Assembly (NCBI GenBank): GCA_024233545.1
Contig: JACKPL010000003.1
Span: 64,584 to 128,583 of the forward strand
Reading direction: 5' to 3'
Length of the DNA: 64,000 nucleotides
Source of the DNA: a bacterium
GTDB taxonomy: Bacteria; Auribacterota; Auribacteria; Auribacterales; Auribacteraceae
Shown: piece by piece, positions 8,340 through 18,332 of the stretch
How positions within the stretch are numbered: position 1 is the stretch's first letter
How the letters are laid out: each line of letters begins with the position of its first letter
Translations under genes and position numbers: made by a program
Notes under the pieces: model-generated
Seen by the model: only the letters and a program-made list of their open reading frames with translations
What the model was told of the DNA's origin: nothing
Database searches by the model: none

Positions 8340-9590
8340 ATGGCAGAAAAAAAAGTAATGAACAGATGGTTTGTTTTGATGGGAAGCCTTGGAATTCAGC
8401 TGTGCCTTGGTTCGCTGTATGCGTGGAGCATTTTCGTGACGCCGCTCAAATCGCAGTATGGGTACACGACAACTCAAGCTCAATCAATTTTTTCAATGAA
8501 CCTCATATTTTTTGCACTGTCAATGTTTTTCGCAGGGCGCCTTCAAGATAAGATCGGGCCACGTATTACTGCGTTGACCGGTTCAATTTTGTTTGCGCTC
8601 GGTTATTTTCTAAGCGGTTACAGCAATGGTTCGTATATAGGGCTTTTGTCAACTATGGGTGTTTTGGCAGGGGTTGGCATAGGGTTTTGCTATGTGTCTC
8701 CCATCGCGGCGCTGGTAAAATGGTTCCCTGAAATGCGCGGTTTGATAACCGGCATTGGTGTTGCCGGATACGGTATCGGCGCCCTTATATTTGCGAAAGT
8801 TGTGACCTATTTTATCGATACAAACGGTGTACAAAGCGCTTTCTTGAATTTGGGAATTATCTTTTTTATTGTATGTATACCGGGCGCCTTATTGTTGTGC
8901 AACCCTCCGGCAGGCTGGGCGCCTAAGGGATGGGTTCCTGCACAAAAGAAAAATGTGAGCGGGGCATATGATTTTTCATGGAAAGAAATGCTTGCTGTTC
9001 GTCAGTTCTGGATGTTGTGGGGTATGTTTATTGCCGGTGCCGCGGCAGGGTTGTTAGTGATTAGCAACCTCAAACCGTTTGGCGTTTATTGCGGGCTTTC
9101 TAAAGAAGCGGCAGTGTCTGCGGTTGGCATACTTGCTATTTTCAATGGTGCCGGCAGGATTGTATGGGGATGGGCATATGACAAACTGGGCAGGCCTGTA
9201 TCCATGGCGCTCATGTTCTTTTTACAGGGGCTGATGATGTTTGTGATTCTCAAAATGGGCTCTCATCCTACCTTGCTTGCGGTTGCCGCGTCTTGGGTAG
9301 GGTTTAACTATGGCGGGATTTTTACCCTGTTCCCTTCATCGACAGCCGATTTCTTCGGCACAAAAAATATGGGCATCAACTACGCATTTGTGTTTAGCGC
9401 ATATGGCATTGCAGGGATTCTTGGACCCCTTGTCGGCGGTAAAATATTCGATGTAACCGGCAGTTACCTCTATGCGTTTATACCTGCCGGGGCGATATGT
9501 CTAGGTGCAGGTGTTGTGGCGCTAATAACAAAACATCCCGAAGACAGGTGTCCGAGCAAAAAAACAGCGGTGGCAAGCTGTCATTCATAA
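8340..9590 (+). CDS. MFS transporter, oxalate/formate antiporter (OFA) family-like
   Basis: Sequence reads MAEKKVMNRWFVLMGSLGIQLCLGSLYAWSIFVTPL.., the G..YAWS.F motif typical of OFA-type MFS. About 12 hydrophobic segments. ATG 8340 with AAGGGA upstream is preferred over the track start 8268. Confidence 0.8.
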   Translation: MAEKKVMNRWFVLMGSLGIQLCLGSLYAWSIFVTPLKSQYGYTTTQAQSIFSMNLIFFALSMFFAGRLQDKIGPRITALTGSILFALGYFLSGYSNGSYIGLLSTMGVLAGVGIGFCYVSPIAALVKWFPEMRGLITGIGVAGYGIGALIFAKVVTYFIDTNGVQSAFLNLGIIFFIVCIPGALLLCNPPAGWAPKGWVPAQKKNVSGAYDFSWKEMLAVRQFWMLWGMFIAGAAAGLLVISNLKPFGVYCGLSKEAAVSAVGILAIFNGAGRIVWGWAYDKLGRPVSMALMFFLQGLMMFVILKMGSHPTLLAVAASWVGFNYGGIFTLFPSSTADFFGTKNMGINYAFVFSAYGIAGILGPLVGGKIFDVTGSYLYAFIPAGAICLGAGVVALITKHPEDRCPSKKTAVASCHS

Positions 9591-9645
9591 TGGGTTCCGA
9601 AAAACATTCTCTATCGTATGTTTTGACAAAAGCGGAAGTGTGCAT

Positions 9646-11070
9646 CTAAAAATAACACGCATTGTTAGGAACCGCTATATTCCAGCCAACCCATACCGTT
9701 TTGAATAAAACGTATGCAGATGCTATTATCAGCCCTGCCTTTACTTTTTTTGACGTTAGTGTTCCGATCCTTTGAATGCAGAGTGCGTCGACAACCGTTA
9801 TAAGCGGAATACACGGGAGAATATAGCGGCATTGCGGGTTTTGCCATATCATCATTGCCGCAAGATAAAGCAAGGCGTATACAGACAACAGAATGACCTC
9901 TGGCTTACACCGGAAAAGGTATCCGGTAAACAGCGTGCAATAGAAAAATAAGTGAACCGGTGCCAGTTCTATGATTCTGAGAATGTAAAAGTACCACGGG
10001 TCATAGTAAAAAAAGCGGGCAGTATCACCGTTTCGCGGAATATGAAAAGGATTAAGAAAAGCAAGAATGTGTTGTCGGCAATAAGCTGAATAGAGGCATA
10101 TGCATATCAGGCAGGAAACAACAATCAGCCTGATATATTTTGCACGAATAAATTTGCAGAAACGATTCCGGAATTTCAAGAGAAAAATCAGTCCGGCAAA
10201 TCCCGTTGCGCAAGGGAAAAACCATTTTTTTGCAAGAACCATGATCTTGGCTATTTCTTCGCAGTGTTCTTCCGAGAAGGCGGCGGTTCCGTACACGCTG
10301 GCTATCCTGTATCCCCACGGTAAAAAAATAAGAAATGCAATGAACAGTGCGGAAAAAATATATTTTCTCCGTTGCGGGAACAGAAACAAACCCGCAACAG
10401 GCAAAGCCAGTGCTATGAATGCGGGATATTTTGTGATGCATGCCAGTCCGAGCGCTATACCTGCATGTATCCAGTATCGGGTATCTTCGATGAGCAAGAT
10501 AAAGTAATATGCAAATATGGTTAGTAAACATGCAAGCATTGTATCAATCCATATTTTCTGAGAGCAAATCCAGAAAACCGGTTCGATTGTTAGGATGCAT
10601 GCGGCAATTAAACCTGTTGAAGGCGATCCGCATTTCTTTGCCGTCAAATAGGTATATAAAATGCACAGAAGCCCCCAGAACAAAGACGGGATCACTCCAT
10701 AGCGGTATATAAGATTTGTCGAGGTATACGTTTGCTGATTATAGCTTGCATGAAAGTATGGTTTCATTGCCGGCTGAAACAGTTCCACGATTTTATATGT
10801 CAGCGCGATGGTTGCCGGATAAAGCGGAGGATGTTTAAACAAAGGGTTATCCAGATAGTCAGGCGGATCGAGGGGACCGGTACACTGCGAAAGAAAATTA
10901 TGCGTATTATAAGAAAATAGCCCTTCGCGCATTTGAAGCGCAAGGCTGACATACAACGGTTCATCAAACGTCAGATTATGCGGTGCGTATGATCCCGGGA
11001 CCCTTATGGCAATCGATAGTATCCCAAGAACTGCCAACGAGAGAAGGTGTATAATCTGTTTTTTATTCAT
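9646..11070 (-). CDS. GT-C fold membrane glycosyltransferase (ArnT/PMT family-like)
   Basis: 474 aa and polytopic. The first loop reads ..HNLTFDEPLYVSLALQM, the DE motif position seen in GT39/GT83-type enzymes. It shows the typical ArnT-like hydrophobicity pattern. Confidence 0.65.
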   Translation of the reverse strand: MNKKQIIHLLSLAVLGILSIAIRVPGSYAPHNLTFDEPLYVSLALQMREGLFSYNTHNFLSQCTGPLDPPDYLDNPLFKHPPLYPATIALTYKIVELFQPAMKPYFHASYNQQTYTSTNLIYRYGVIPSLFWGLLCILYTYLTAKKCGSPSTGLIAACILTIEPVFWICSQKIWIDTMLACLLTIFAYYFILLIEDTRYWIHAGIALGLACITKYPAFIALALPVAGLFLFPQRRKYIFSALFIAFLIFLPWGYRIASVYGTAAFSEEHCEEIAKIMVLAKKWFFPCATGFAGLIFLLKFRNRFCKFIRAKYIRLIVVSCLICICLYSAYCRQHILAFLNPFHIPRNGDTARFFYYDPWYFYILRIIELAPVHLFFYCTLFTGYLFRCKPEVILLSVYALLYLAAMMIWQNPQCRYILPCIPLITVVDALCIQRIGTLTSKKVKAGLIIASAYVLFKTVWVGWNIAVPNNACYF

Positions 11071-11435
11071 ATATAGTTCTTTTCATCATATAAACTCAGT
11101 TAGCTTAAGAGCATTGTCTATTTTTTTATGGTATTTTGCAAGTGTTAAAGGCACTGTTTCAAATGGCAAAATAACCGGAATCGTATGGGGGATAAATTTT
11201 ATTTAAAAATACTATTTATTACCGGATTAAAAATAAAATAAATAATAAAATCCAGCAGAAATTCTTTAGTGTTCAAAATGATGAAATAAGAAAAACTTTT
11301 ACGGTTTAACGTAATGATTGAAAAAAAAGCGGCTATTATCTTTCCTTTAGAAAACCTCTAATATTTTGATAACAATTCTCTGTTATTCTCAAAGCATCAT
11401 AAAACAAAAAGCACACTTCATAACTAGGTAACGTA

Positions 11436-14400
11436 ATGCGCAGAAAAAATAAGAAGTATATAACTATCATTGCTTGGCTTTGTGTTGCGGGAATTTTACA
11501 CGATGATTACCAATGTTACGCATTTGCGGCAAAGAAGGAAAACCCTTCAGCAGAAGCAGTCCAAAACAGTTCGATAGGATTAACCCGCGATAAGAAAGAT
11601 AATGCATATTCTGCTGAAAACGGCGTTAAGCCGACGGTATATCTGGTGCAGGATGCGCATTGCGTTCCGGATATTCAGCACACTATTTATTCGATTCTCA
11701 ATGACCTGCATGCCAACCATGGCGTCAGCCATGTTTTTGTCGAAGGCTGTACCGGCATACAGGATTACGCTTATTTGAGGTTGTACCCTTTAAATGATAA
11801 AAAGAAACGGATTCTCAATGAGTTCTTGCAACGAGGCATTATAAGCGGCGTGGAATATTTTTCTGCTCTCGCTTCAATGGAAAATCAGTTAAATATTGTC
11901 GGATTAGAAACGTTGTCGCTGTACAACCGCAATATTTATGCATTGCGCACCTTATCTGATTCAAAAGCGGAACACGAGGTTCTCTTTGAACTGAAAAGTA
12001 CCATGGTAAAATGGTTTGACGAGCATGGCGTGCGAGAGTTAGCCGCCGCGTTACGGCGCATGGAGCTTGTATCTGCCGCAAAACTAGCAGGAGATATCAT
12101 AGTAGAATGCGAACTTGACGGCAGATCGGAAATACTCGATTCTGTTCCCGATTTAACTGCGTATTATCATGCAGTATGGGCTTTGTCGACTTTGGATATT
12201 AACTGCGTTTTAAGTGAACTGACTGCATTGCAGAACGATACCCAATACCTTAAAAAATTCTCTGCGGTGTCTCCAGAGCAAATTCGTTCAAAAATTCGTT
12301 CTTTATTTGCCGATCCGCTGGCATCGCATACTGCGGATACCGATGTGTTGATGATGATTGAAGGCAAAGAGCCGTATTCAAATGCTGAAGAATGGATCAA
12401 ATGTTCGCGTGAAGTAAATCAATCGAATTTATCGGAAATCAATGCTCAGGTTGATAGGGTGATTCAACTCTATTTGGATGCGCTTTGTGATTCTGAAGAG
12501 CATCGGACAGTACTCCGGTTTTATCGTGATACCGCTCGCCTTCAACAGTTGTTGATGCTGGAATTGTCTGCTTCTGAATCAGCGGCGCTTATGGAAGAAT
12601 CGCTTCTTGAGCACATTCGCGCCGGAGCACAAAATTTACCGCCTGTTTTGCGCACAAAAAGCGTTGCGGTTCTTAGCAGTTTAGATGCGGCAGTAGCGAA
12701 TGCTGTAGATTTTTATTCCTGTGCCGCGGTAAGGGATTGTGCGATGATGAACAATTTTTATGCAGAGTACGAACGCTTGCAGGGACCGTGTGTACTCGTG
12801 TTGGGAGGATTCCATTTAGATTATTTTGTACAGCGGTTTCAGGCGGAAAAAATCCCGTTTATTATTCGTAAACCTGAAACGTCAAATATGGCTGATTCGA
12901 TCGAAAAAAAAAGGTATTTTCAGCATTTCATGACTCGTTTTACCGGCAGTGAATTTATTTATAACGAGAATTCGCTTGCTGTTGAGCCGGTTCTCAGCGC
13001 GTCTGGTTCAGGGCATAGCGGGCCGTCGGCGGTATGGTTTAATGAAGTGCTGGCAGGATTAGTTGATGAAATAAAACCGTATCCGTCATTAGCGGCGCAG
13101 TGGATTGCCGCTTTCCGCAATCACATTGATTTTGCGGCTGATAAAATAAAAAATTTAATCGTTCTCGGCACAATAACGGCAATGCTTGGAATGGGAGGCG
13201 TTGCCGAGGCACAGGAAGGAAACGGTACTCAACTGATAAATCCGCCCGGCGTTGTTGTTCAATTAACCCAAGATCAACTCACACAGCACATTCTTGCTTA
13301 TAGCCGGCCGGTTTCGGTGGAGCAAACTCAAATAACCCAAGACATTTTATCCGGCAACAGCGATTTGCAAAACCGCGCCTTTCATGTGCTGGAAGAACGA
13401 GGCACAACCGGATTGTTATCGGACGTCTTCCTTGGAAATGACAACGACGAGTTGCGCCGCACAATTATCAGCCGTTTGATTGCAACGGATAATTACACTG
13501 TTTTGCAAATACTTTTTCAAAATATTACGGAAAAAAATGCACCTGAACACCTACAAAAAATACGCCCGCTGTTTGATGAAATGATGCTGAGCAGTTTTTC
13601 GGCACGCCCTGAACTTCTCCATAATTTTCAGTCGTCACAAGACAGTAACGCGCGCCATGCTATGCATATTCTTCTGGCGTATTATACGCAGGCATCAACA
13701 GGAAGCCTCCGCGATGCTTTAGCAAGTGTATTAGTCAATTCTTTAGATGAACGCGAACTCGTTGCGTTGTACCTTGGGTATACCGATGGGCTTTCACGCG
13801 GGAATCCTGTATGGCAGGTCATGGAGCCTTCTCAAACGACAGCTTTTTTCCGGCACGGAAGTACAACATTAAAAAATCTTGCATATAAGAAACTGCTTGA
13901 ATCGTCTGTTGTGCCGGCGCTTGAAAAGATCATACGGCTTAATACGAAATCGAAGGGGTTGACTAACTTATTATACAGCGATCTTGTTGAGGATGCGCGC
14001 AGTCTTCTTGTATTGCATCAGGAAAAAAACCCTGCTTTTTTATCGGCTGTCGAAGCGGTCTTCCCCGACATTTATCAAAACAGCATCAATGAAATACAGC
14101 GCGATATGGATCGGATACAGCAAACCATATCCTTTAACGCTCCTCACGAATACCCGCCGTTACAACCGGCAGGAACGCTGAGGGTTCTCCGTACTGCAAA
14201 TGCACAGGACGCTTCACTGGCGATGATTTATCTCGATAGAAACGCTTCAATGGGCGATTGGGCAGACGTCGATGCATTTATTCAGTCCGGCGCAGATTCG
14301 CGGCTCAGAGAAAACGCTTTGCGGCAGTATTACGGTTCTTCAGTTTATAAATTAGTGGCGTGTTATGATAAATTCGACGGAATTGATCCTGTGATGCAGG

Positions 14401-17400
14401 ATGCTGTCGTCTCTGTCCTCGAAAAGCTTTTTACGGCAAACAGCCGGCAGTATTTTCCTCTCGCACAGTATAATGAGTATATAAATAGAGGGCTTATACT
14501 TGTTGCGCGTTCTCAAAGTGCGCAAAATAAAGAACCGTCCGCTTGGGAATACTTATTGCGTTCCACAGAGACAGAATATCAGCTCTATCGCGCTTTGCAC
14601 AACACAACATTTGAAGGTATTACATTGACCGAACAGGAAATCAGCGATGTGCAGAACGAATTGCTCGTCCGGTTTTTACGGACAAGTTTACAGCAACGGT
14701 TGCAAGAACTCAGCTTGTCTACAACGCCGGCATGGTTTAACCCTTCGGAAGACAACCTTTTAGAAATACAGGAAGATTTGGAACTGCTTGATGCGCGCCT
14801 GCTTGAAAATCCACAAACCTTGATTGAAAAACATCGCCTTCACGAGGAGTATACACAATGGCAAAATCGCAGTATCGATATACAAAACCGCACGTATTAC
14901 CGGCCTTCCATTGTTCATAAAATGATTGATGTTGCCAAAATTCCTATTTTAACCATTTTAGGTGTCATCATTACGCTTCTGACCGGATTTAGTTTGGTGC
15001 GCAAAAAGATGAAAGCTGAAAAAACGAATGGAGACTCTGATTCTTTTGCTGGAAAAATGCATAGAGCAGTGACGGTGGTTGAACGATTTATTGAGTTTAG
15101 TGAAGAACAAATTACCCCTGCACATGCCGATGAACTGCAGGAAGCAGTTCATACCCTCAACGGTGACATGAAATACCATGTCAGTTTGGCATCAACCGTC
15201 GAACTTCTTGAAAAAATTGAGGTATTCTATGAAAACACTGAACACTCAAAAGAACTTCGTGAACAACTGGCAAGCATTCATCAAACAATACAGAGATTTC
15301 ATAAAAGCAATAAACATAAGCTTATTCTTTTTGAGGATGAATCAAAGCAGAAAAGCACACAGAAAGCAACGTTTAAAACGCTTATTACCCACATGCTTTC
15401 AATGGGCAACGTCAGGAGCCAGCTTATTAGCGAGATGAAAAAAATAATCAATGTTGAGCAATTCGAAAAAGTATATAAATCGCGGCGATTAAAAATCCAG
15501 CTGTATAAAACGATTGCGCTAACGGCGAAATTTATGTTTTTTGGTATTCTCATCGCTACGCCGTTCTCGACAGTAGTAAGCGGGTTCGGATTTATTCTGA
15601 TGGTGCTTTCCCTGCATGCTTTGGATGTTATGATGTTGTATACACTGAGCCGTAATTACGATGAAATTACAAAATGGTTTGCGTTCCATTTATCCCGTGC
15701 GTCGAAATTCGATTCGCGAGTCGAAGCGCAAATCACCGCAAAATCAATTGCCGACGGCGAGGCGGCATTATGGGCAACTGGGCAAAGTGTCATCAATTTT
15801 ACCGGTGCGGTAGCAACGATGGTGTTTCTCAGCCCGTGGTATATACTTCCTTATGCGGTTTATATGATTTTCGGCATTCTTCGGTGGAGAAGCATGATAA
15901 AACAATCCGACGGGTCGACGAGCGATACGTATTACAGCCCGCTGTATGATATCGAGCACAAGGTGCAGAACCCTGCTGTGGCAGTCGCGTTTGGAGCCGT
16001 TGTCGAAACATTTATCGTAACGCAATTGCTGGAAGCGTTAACGAAAACCGGCAGTTCAAAGTTTGTCAGCGGTTTTCGAAAAGCATACCAGCAAGCCCAA
16101 ATAAGCCTGAATTATCTTACGGGGATTATTGACGACAAAAAAACCGTTACCCGTCAAACATGGGAGGACAACGGAAAAACAGTTATAAGGGCGACAACAG
16201 TTTTTAATCGTTTTAACTACAACCTCATTACCTCAAATATTGTCAATGGAGCACAGCACCCTGTAGTGAGCGATGTCACTTTGTCAATTGGGCGAGGAGA
16301 AATGGTGTATATCGATGCTTTGCCCGGGATGGGCAAAAGTACTCTGGGGCGAATGCTGGCTCTCTACCGCACTCCTCTCTCAGGATCGGTTAGCGTTGAA
16401 ACGGCAGGGCGTGATATCCAAGTAACGCCGCAAACCGTATCGCATCATTTATTGCGCCGTTTTTTTAAATATTTGAAATTCAAAGATATTCCTGTTTTAT
16501 CAGCAAAACAAATACTCCTAGAAGCAGAAAAACCGACAGGCGAATTTATTAAAATCGCCTCAAAATTTATACCCGGATTTAAAGAACGATACATGGACAG
16601 AGACCTTGGCAGTTTGGGATTTAATGAAAAGAAACTGTTGATGCTGGTTCTCTATGCCTATATCAATGACCCGAAATTTTTAGTGCTGGATGATATGTTT
16701 AGCGGCCTGCACATTGATACAGCCGAGTTCATTATGGATTTCCTCGCTTACCTTTCCCGTGAACGCGGGATAACAATTGTTGCGATTGACACCGATATTC
16801 CCAAACAAATCCGCAATCAATTTGATACAAGCTATACGTTGAGTGCAGGAAAGCTGATTTCACAGAAGGATCATAATGAGCTGATGTTGCGCCTCGATCG
16901 GGAAATCGAAGTGGAAGAAAAAAATGGTGCACGGAAAACTCTTGTGCAAACGGTTCAATCTTCCGGTGCTGACAAAAGTTCCCCACTACAGAAACCTGCT
17001 GAGAAACAAGTATCTCCTATGGATTTTTTTGACGATGAATCGCCTCTCTTCACTCAAAAAACTGCGGAAGAGGCGCAGGAATTCTCCGAACCGTTCAAAG
17101 TGTCCGCTACGGTTCCAATAGGCAGTTCCAGTGTTCCAGAACCGGATTTTTTCGATGAAGCGCCTCCTGTCTCTCCACAAAAAGAAGCTGTGGCGGAAAG
17201 GAAAAGCCAATCCAGCGTATTGGACGATTATATAAAACTGCTCCACACGACTGCTCGAAAATCTACGACGGTAGAACGGTTTAACCGGAACACCCCGCAT
17301 GATAATTTGCTTACATTCATCTATGCAGTATTAGAGCAAATCAAAGCGTACGTATCACTGAAAGACCCAAATCAGCGAATGCACATGATTCGGGCATATA

Positions 17401-18308
17401 CACAGGGAACACGCGAGCAGAAAATTGCCGCTCAGATTATGCGCCGTACGCGCAAAGGAACAAAAACGCGGTTTGTTAATGAAATTATCAACTATATTTC
17501 TTACTCAGATTTAGCAGATGATTTTACAGTTGATACGTTAACGAATAACGAAGTGAGAGAATTGGTCAAAACAGAGGTGCTTCAACGCAGATTAGCCCAG
17601 CTATTGGCCGATGTTATTATGTATGTCGATGTTTTTGGCGAAGAAGATATTCCTCACCGTATGAAATTGTGGCGGGATTATTCCCTGCCGGATGCTTCAC
17701 CGGAACAAAAAATCGCGGCGTATATCATTTCCAAAATACTTGAACAGCAAGGCAGTGAATACAATATTACGGGAAAATCGTTTAACGACCGCAAACAAGC
17801 GCTTATCCATGCAGTCCACTACATCACCGGTGAGAAAGATTTGCGCGAACAGTACGATGCGGTTATCAGGCATACACCTGTTTCGGAAATTGTTGATTTA
17901 GTGACGTTAGAATTGCATAACCGCCGTACCGAACTCATTACTGAAATACAACAAAAAGCGCCGGTTATTCATGGCGAAAAAAGCTCCTTTAACCGCTCAG
18001 GGCGGTCGTTATATGAACTATGGGGCATCGTTTCACTGCTCAAGGAGTACGGTGTGAACGATGACTTACTGCCTTTGGCATTACATGGCTTTTCTTTCAA
18101 ACAATTGCGCAATGTGCTATTCGGGCTTCGCGATGCCGGAGTACCGATAACCGAACAAACGCTGAGAATGAATCTTTCGCTTGAAGGAATGCCCCCGCAA
18201 AATTCACCGGTTGCTCCTTCCGATGCAGAGCGGTTAGATGAAGAAAAACAGCCGACACCGCCAAAACCGTTCATGCAGTTTCATCATGTATTCGATTGGG
18301 CGGCATGA
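11436..18308 (+). CDS. giant (2,290 aa) multi-pass membrane protein with internal ABC-type nucleotide-binding domain; function unknown
   Basis: Uninterrupted 6.9-kb ORF. Signal/anchor at aa 8-22, TM segments near aa 571-590 and 1166-1187, and a cluster at 1357-1535. HEAT-like helical repeats occupy aa ~640-1160. P-loop ALPGMGKST at nt 16317-16343 and Walker B FLVLDD at nt 16677-16694. The C-terminus has duplicated helical repeats. Confidence 0.85.
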   Translation: MRRKNKKYITIIAWLCVAGILHDDYQCYAFAAKKENPSAEAVQNSSIGLTRDKKDNAYSAENGVKPTVYLVQDAHCVPDIQHTIYSILNDLHANHGVSHVFVEGCTGIQDYAYLRLYPLNDKKKRILNEFLQRGIISGVEYFSALASMENQLNIVGLETLSLYNRNIYALRTLSDSKAEHEVLFELKSTMVKWFDEHGVRELAAALRRMELVSAAKLAGDIIVECELDGRSEILDSVPDLTAYYHAVWALSTLDINCVLSELTALQNDTQYLKKFSAVSPEQIRSKIRSLFADPLASHTADTDVLMMIEGKEPYSNAEEWIKCSREVNQSNLSEINAQVDRVIQLYLDALCDSEEHRTVLRFYRDTARLQQLLMLELSASESAALMEESLLEHIRAGAQNLPPVLRTKSVAVLSSLDAAVANAVDFYSCAAVRDCAMMNNFYAEYERLQGPCVLVLGGFHLDYFVQRFQAEKIPFIIRKPETSNMADSIEKKRYFQHFMTRFTGSEFIYNENSLAVEPVLSASGSGHSGPSAVWFNEVLAGLVDEIKPYPSLAAQWIAAFRNHIDFAADKIKNLIVLGTITAMLGMGGVAEAQEGNGTQLINPPGVVVQLTQDQLTQHILAYSRPVSVEQTQITQDILSGNSDLQNRAFHVLEERGTTGLLSDVFLGNDNDELRRTIISRLIATDNYTVLQILFQNITEKNAPEHLQKIRPLFDEMMLSSFSARPELLHNFQSSQDSNARHAMHILLAYYTQASTGSLRDALASVLVNSLDERELVALYLGYTDGLSRGNPVWQVMEPSQTTAFFRHGSTTLKNLAYKKLLESSVVPALEKIIRLNTKSKGLTNLLYSDLVEDARSLLVLHQEKNPAFLSAVEAVFPDIYQNSINEIQRDMDRIQQTISFNAPHEYPPLQPAGTLRVLRTANAQDASLAMIYLDRNASMGDWADVDAFIQSGADSRLRENALRQYYGSSVYKLVACYDKFDGIDPVMQDAVVSVLEKLFTANSRQYFPLAQYNEYINRGLILVARSQSAQNKEPSAWEYLLRSTETEYQLYRALHNTTFEGITLTEQEISDVQNELLVRFLRTSLQQRLQELSLSTTPAWFNPSEDNLLEIQEDLELLDARLLENPQTLIEKHRLHEEYTQWQNRSIDIQNRTYYRPSIVHKMIDVAKIPILTILGVIITLLTGFSLVRKKMKAEKTNGDSDSFAGKMHRAVTVVERFIEFSEEQITPAHADELQEAVHTLNGDMKYHVSLASTVELLEKIEVFYENTEHSKELREQLASIHQTIQRFHKSNKHKLILFEDESKQKSTQKATFKTLITHMLSMGNVRSQLISEMKKIINVEQFEKVYKSRRLKIQLYKTIALTAKFMFFGILIATPFSTVVSGFGFILMVLSLHALDVMMLYTLSRNYDEITKWFAFHLSRASKFDSRVEAQITAKSIADGEAALWATGQSVINFTGAVATMVFLSPWYILPYAVYMIFGILRWRSMIKQSDGSTSDTYYSPLYDIEHKVQNPAVAVAFGAVVETFIVTQLLEALTKTGSSKFVSGFRKAYQQAQISLNYLTGIIDDKKTVTRQTWEDNGKTVIRATTVFNRFNYNLITSNIVNGAQHPVVSDVTLSIGRGEMVYIDALPGMGKSTLGRMLALYRTPLSGSVSVETAGRDIQVTPQTVSHHLLRRFFKYLKFKDIPVLSAKQILLEAEKPTGEFIKIASKFIPGFKERYMDRDLGSLGFNEKKLLMLVLYAYINDPKFLVLDDMFSGLHIDTAEFIMDFLAYLSRERGITIVAIDTDIPKQIRNQFDTSYTLSAGKLISQKDHNELMLRLDREIEVEEKNGARKTLVQTVQSSGADKSSPLQKPAEKQVSPMDFFDDESPLFTQKTAEEAQEFSEPFKVSATVPIGSSSVPEPDFFDEAPPVSPQKEAVAERKSQSSVLDDYIKLLHTTARKSTTVERFNRNTPHDNLLTFIYAVLEQIKAYVSLKDPNQRMHMIRAYTQGTREQKIAAQIMRRTRKGTKTRFVNEIINYISYSDLADDFTVDTLTNNEVRELVKTEVLQRRLAQLLADVIMYVDVFGEEDIPHRMKLWRDYSLPDASPEQKIAAYIISKILEQQGSEYNITGKSFNDRKQALIHAVHYITGEKDLREQYDAVIRHTPVSEIVDLVTLELHNRRTELITEIQQKAPVIHGEKSSFNRSGRSLYELWGIVSLLKEYGVNDDLLPLALHGFSFKQLRNVLFGLRDAGVPITEQTLRMNLSLEGMPPQNSPVAPSDAERLDEEKQPTPPKPFMQFHHVFDWAA

Positions 18309-18332
18309 CAGTATTCACCTCATTTTTTACAG

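Noticed and set aside
10052-10531. Overlapping 159-aa (-) and 135-aa (+) ORFs within the ArnT-like gene
   Set aside because: These are alternative frames of a well-supported 474-aa membrane-protein ORF, with no independent signals.
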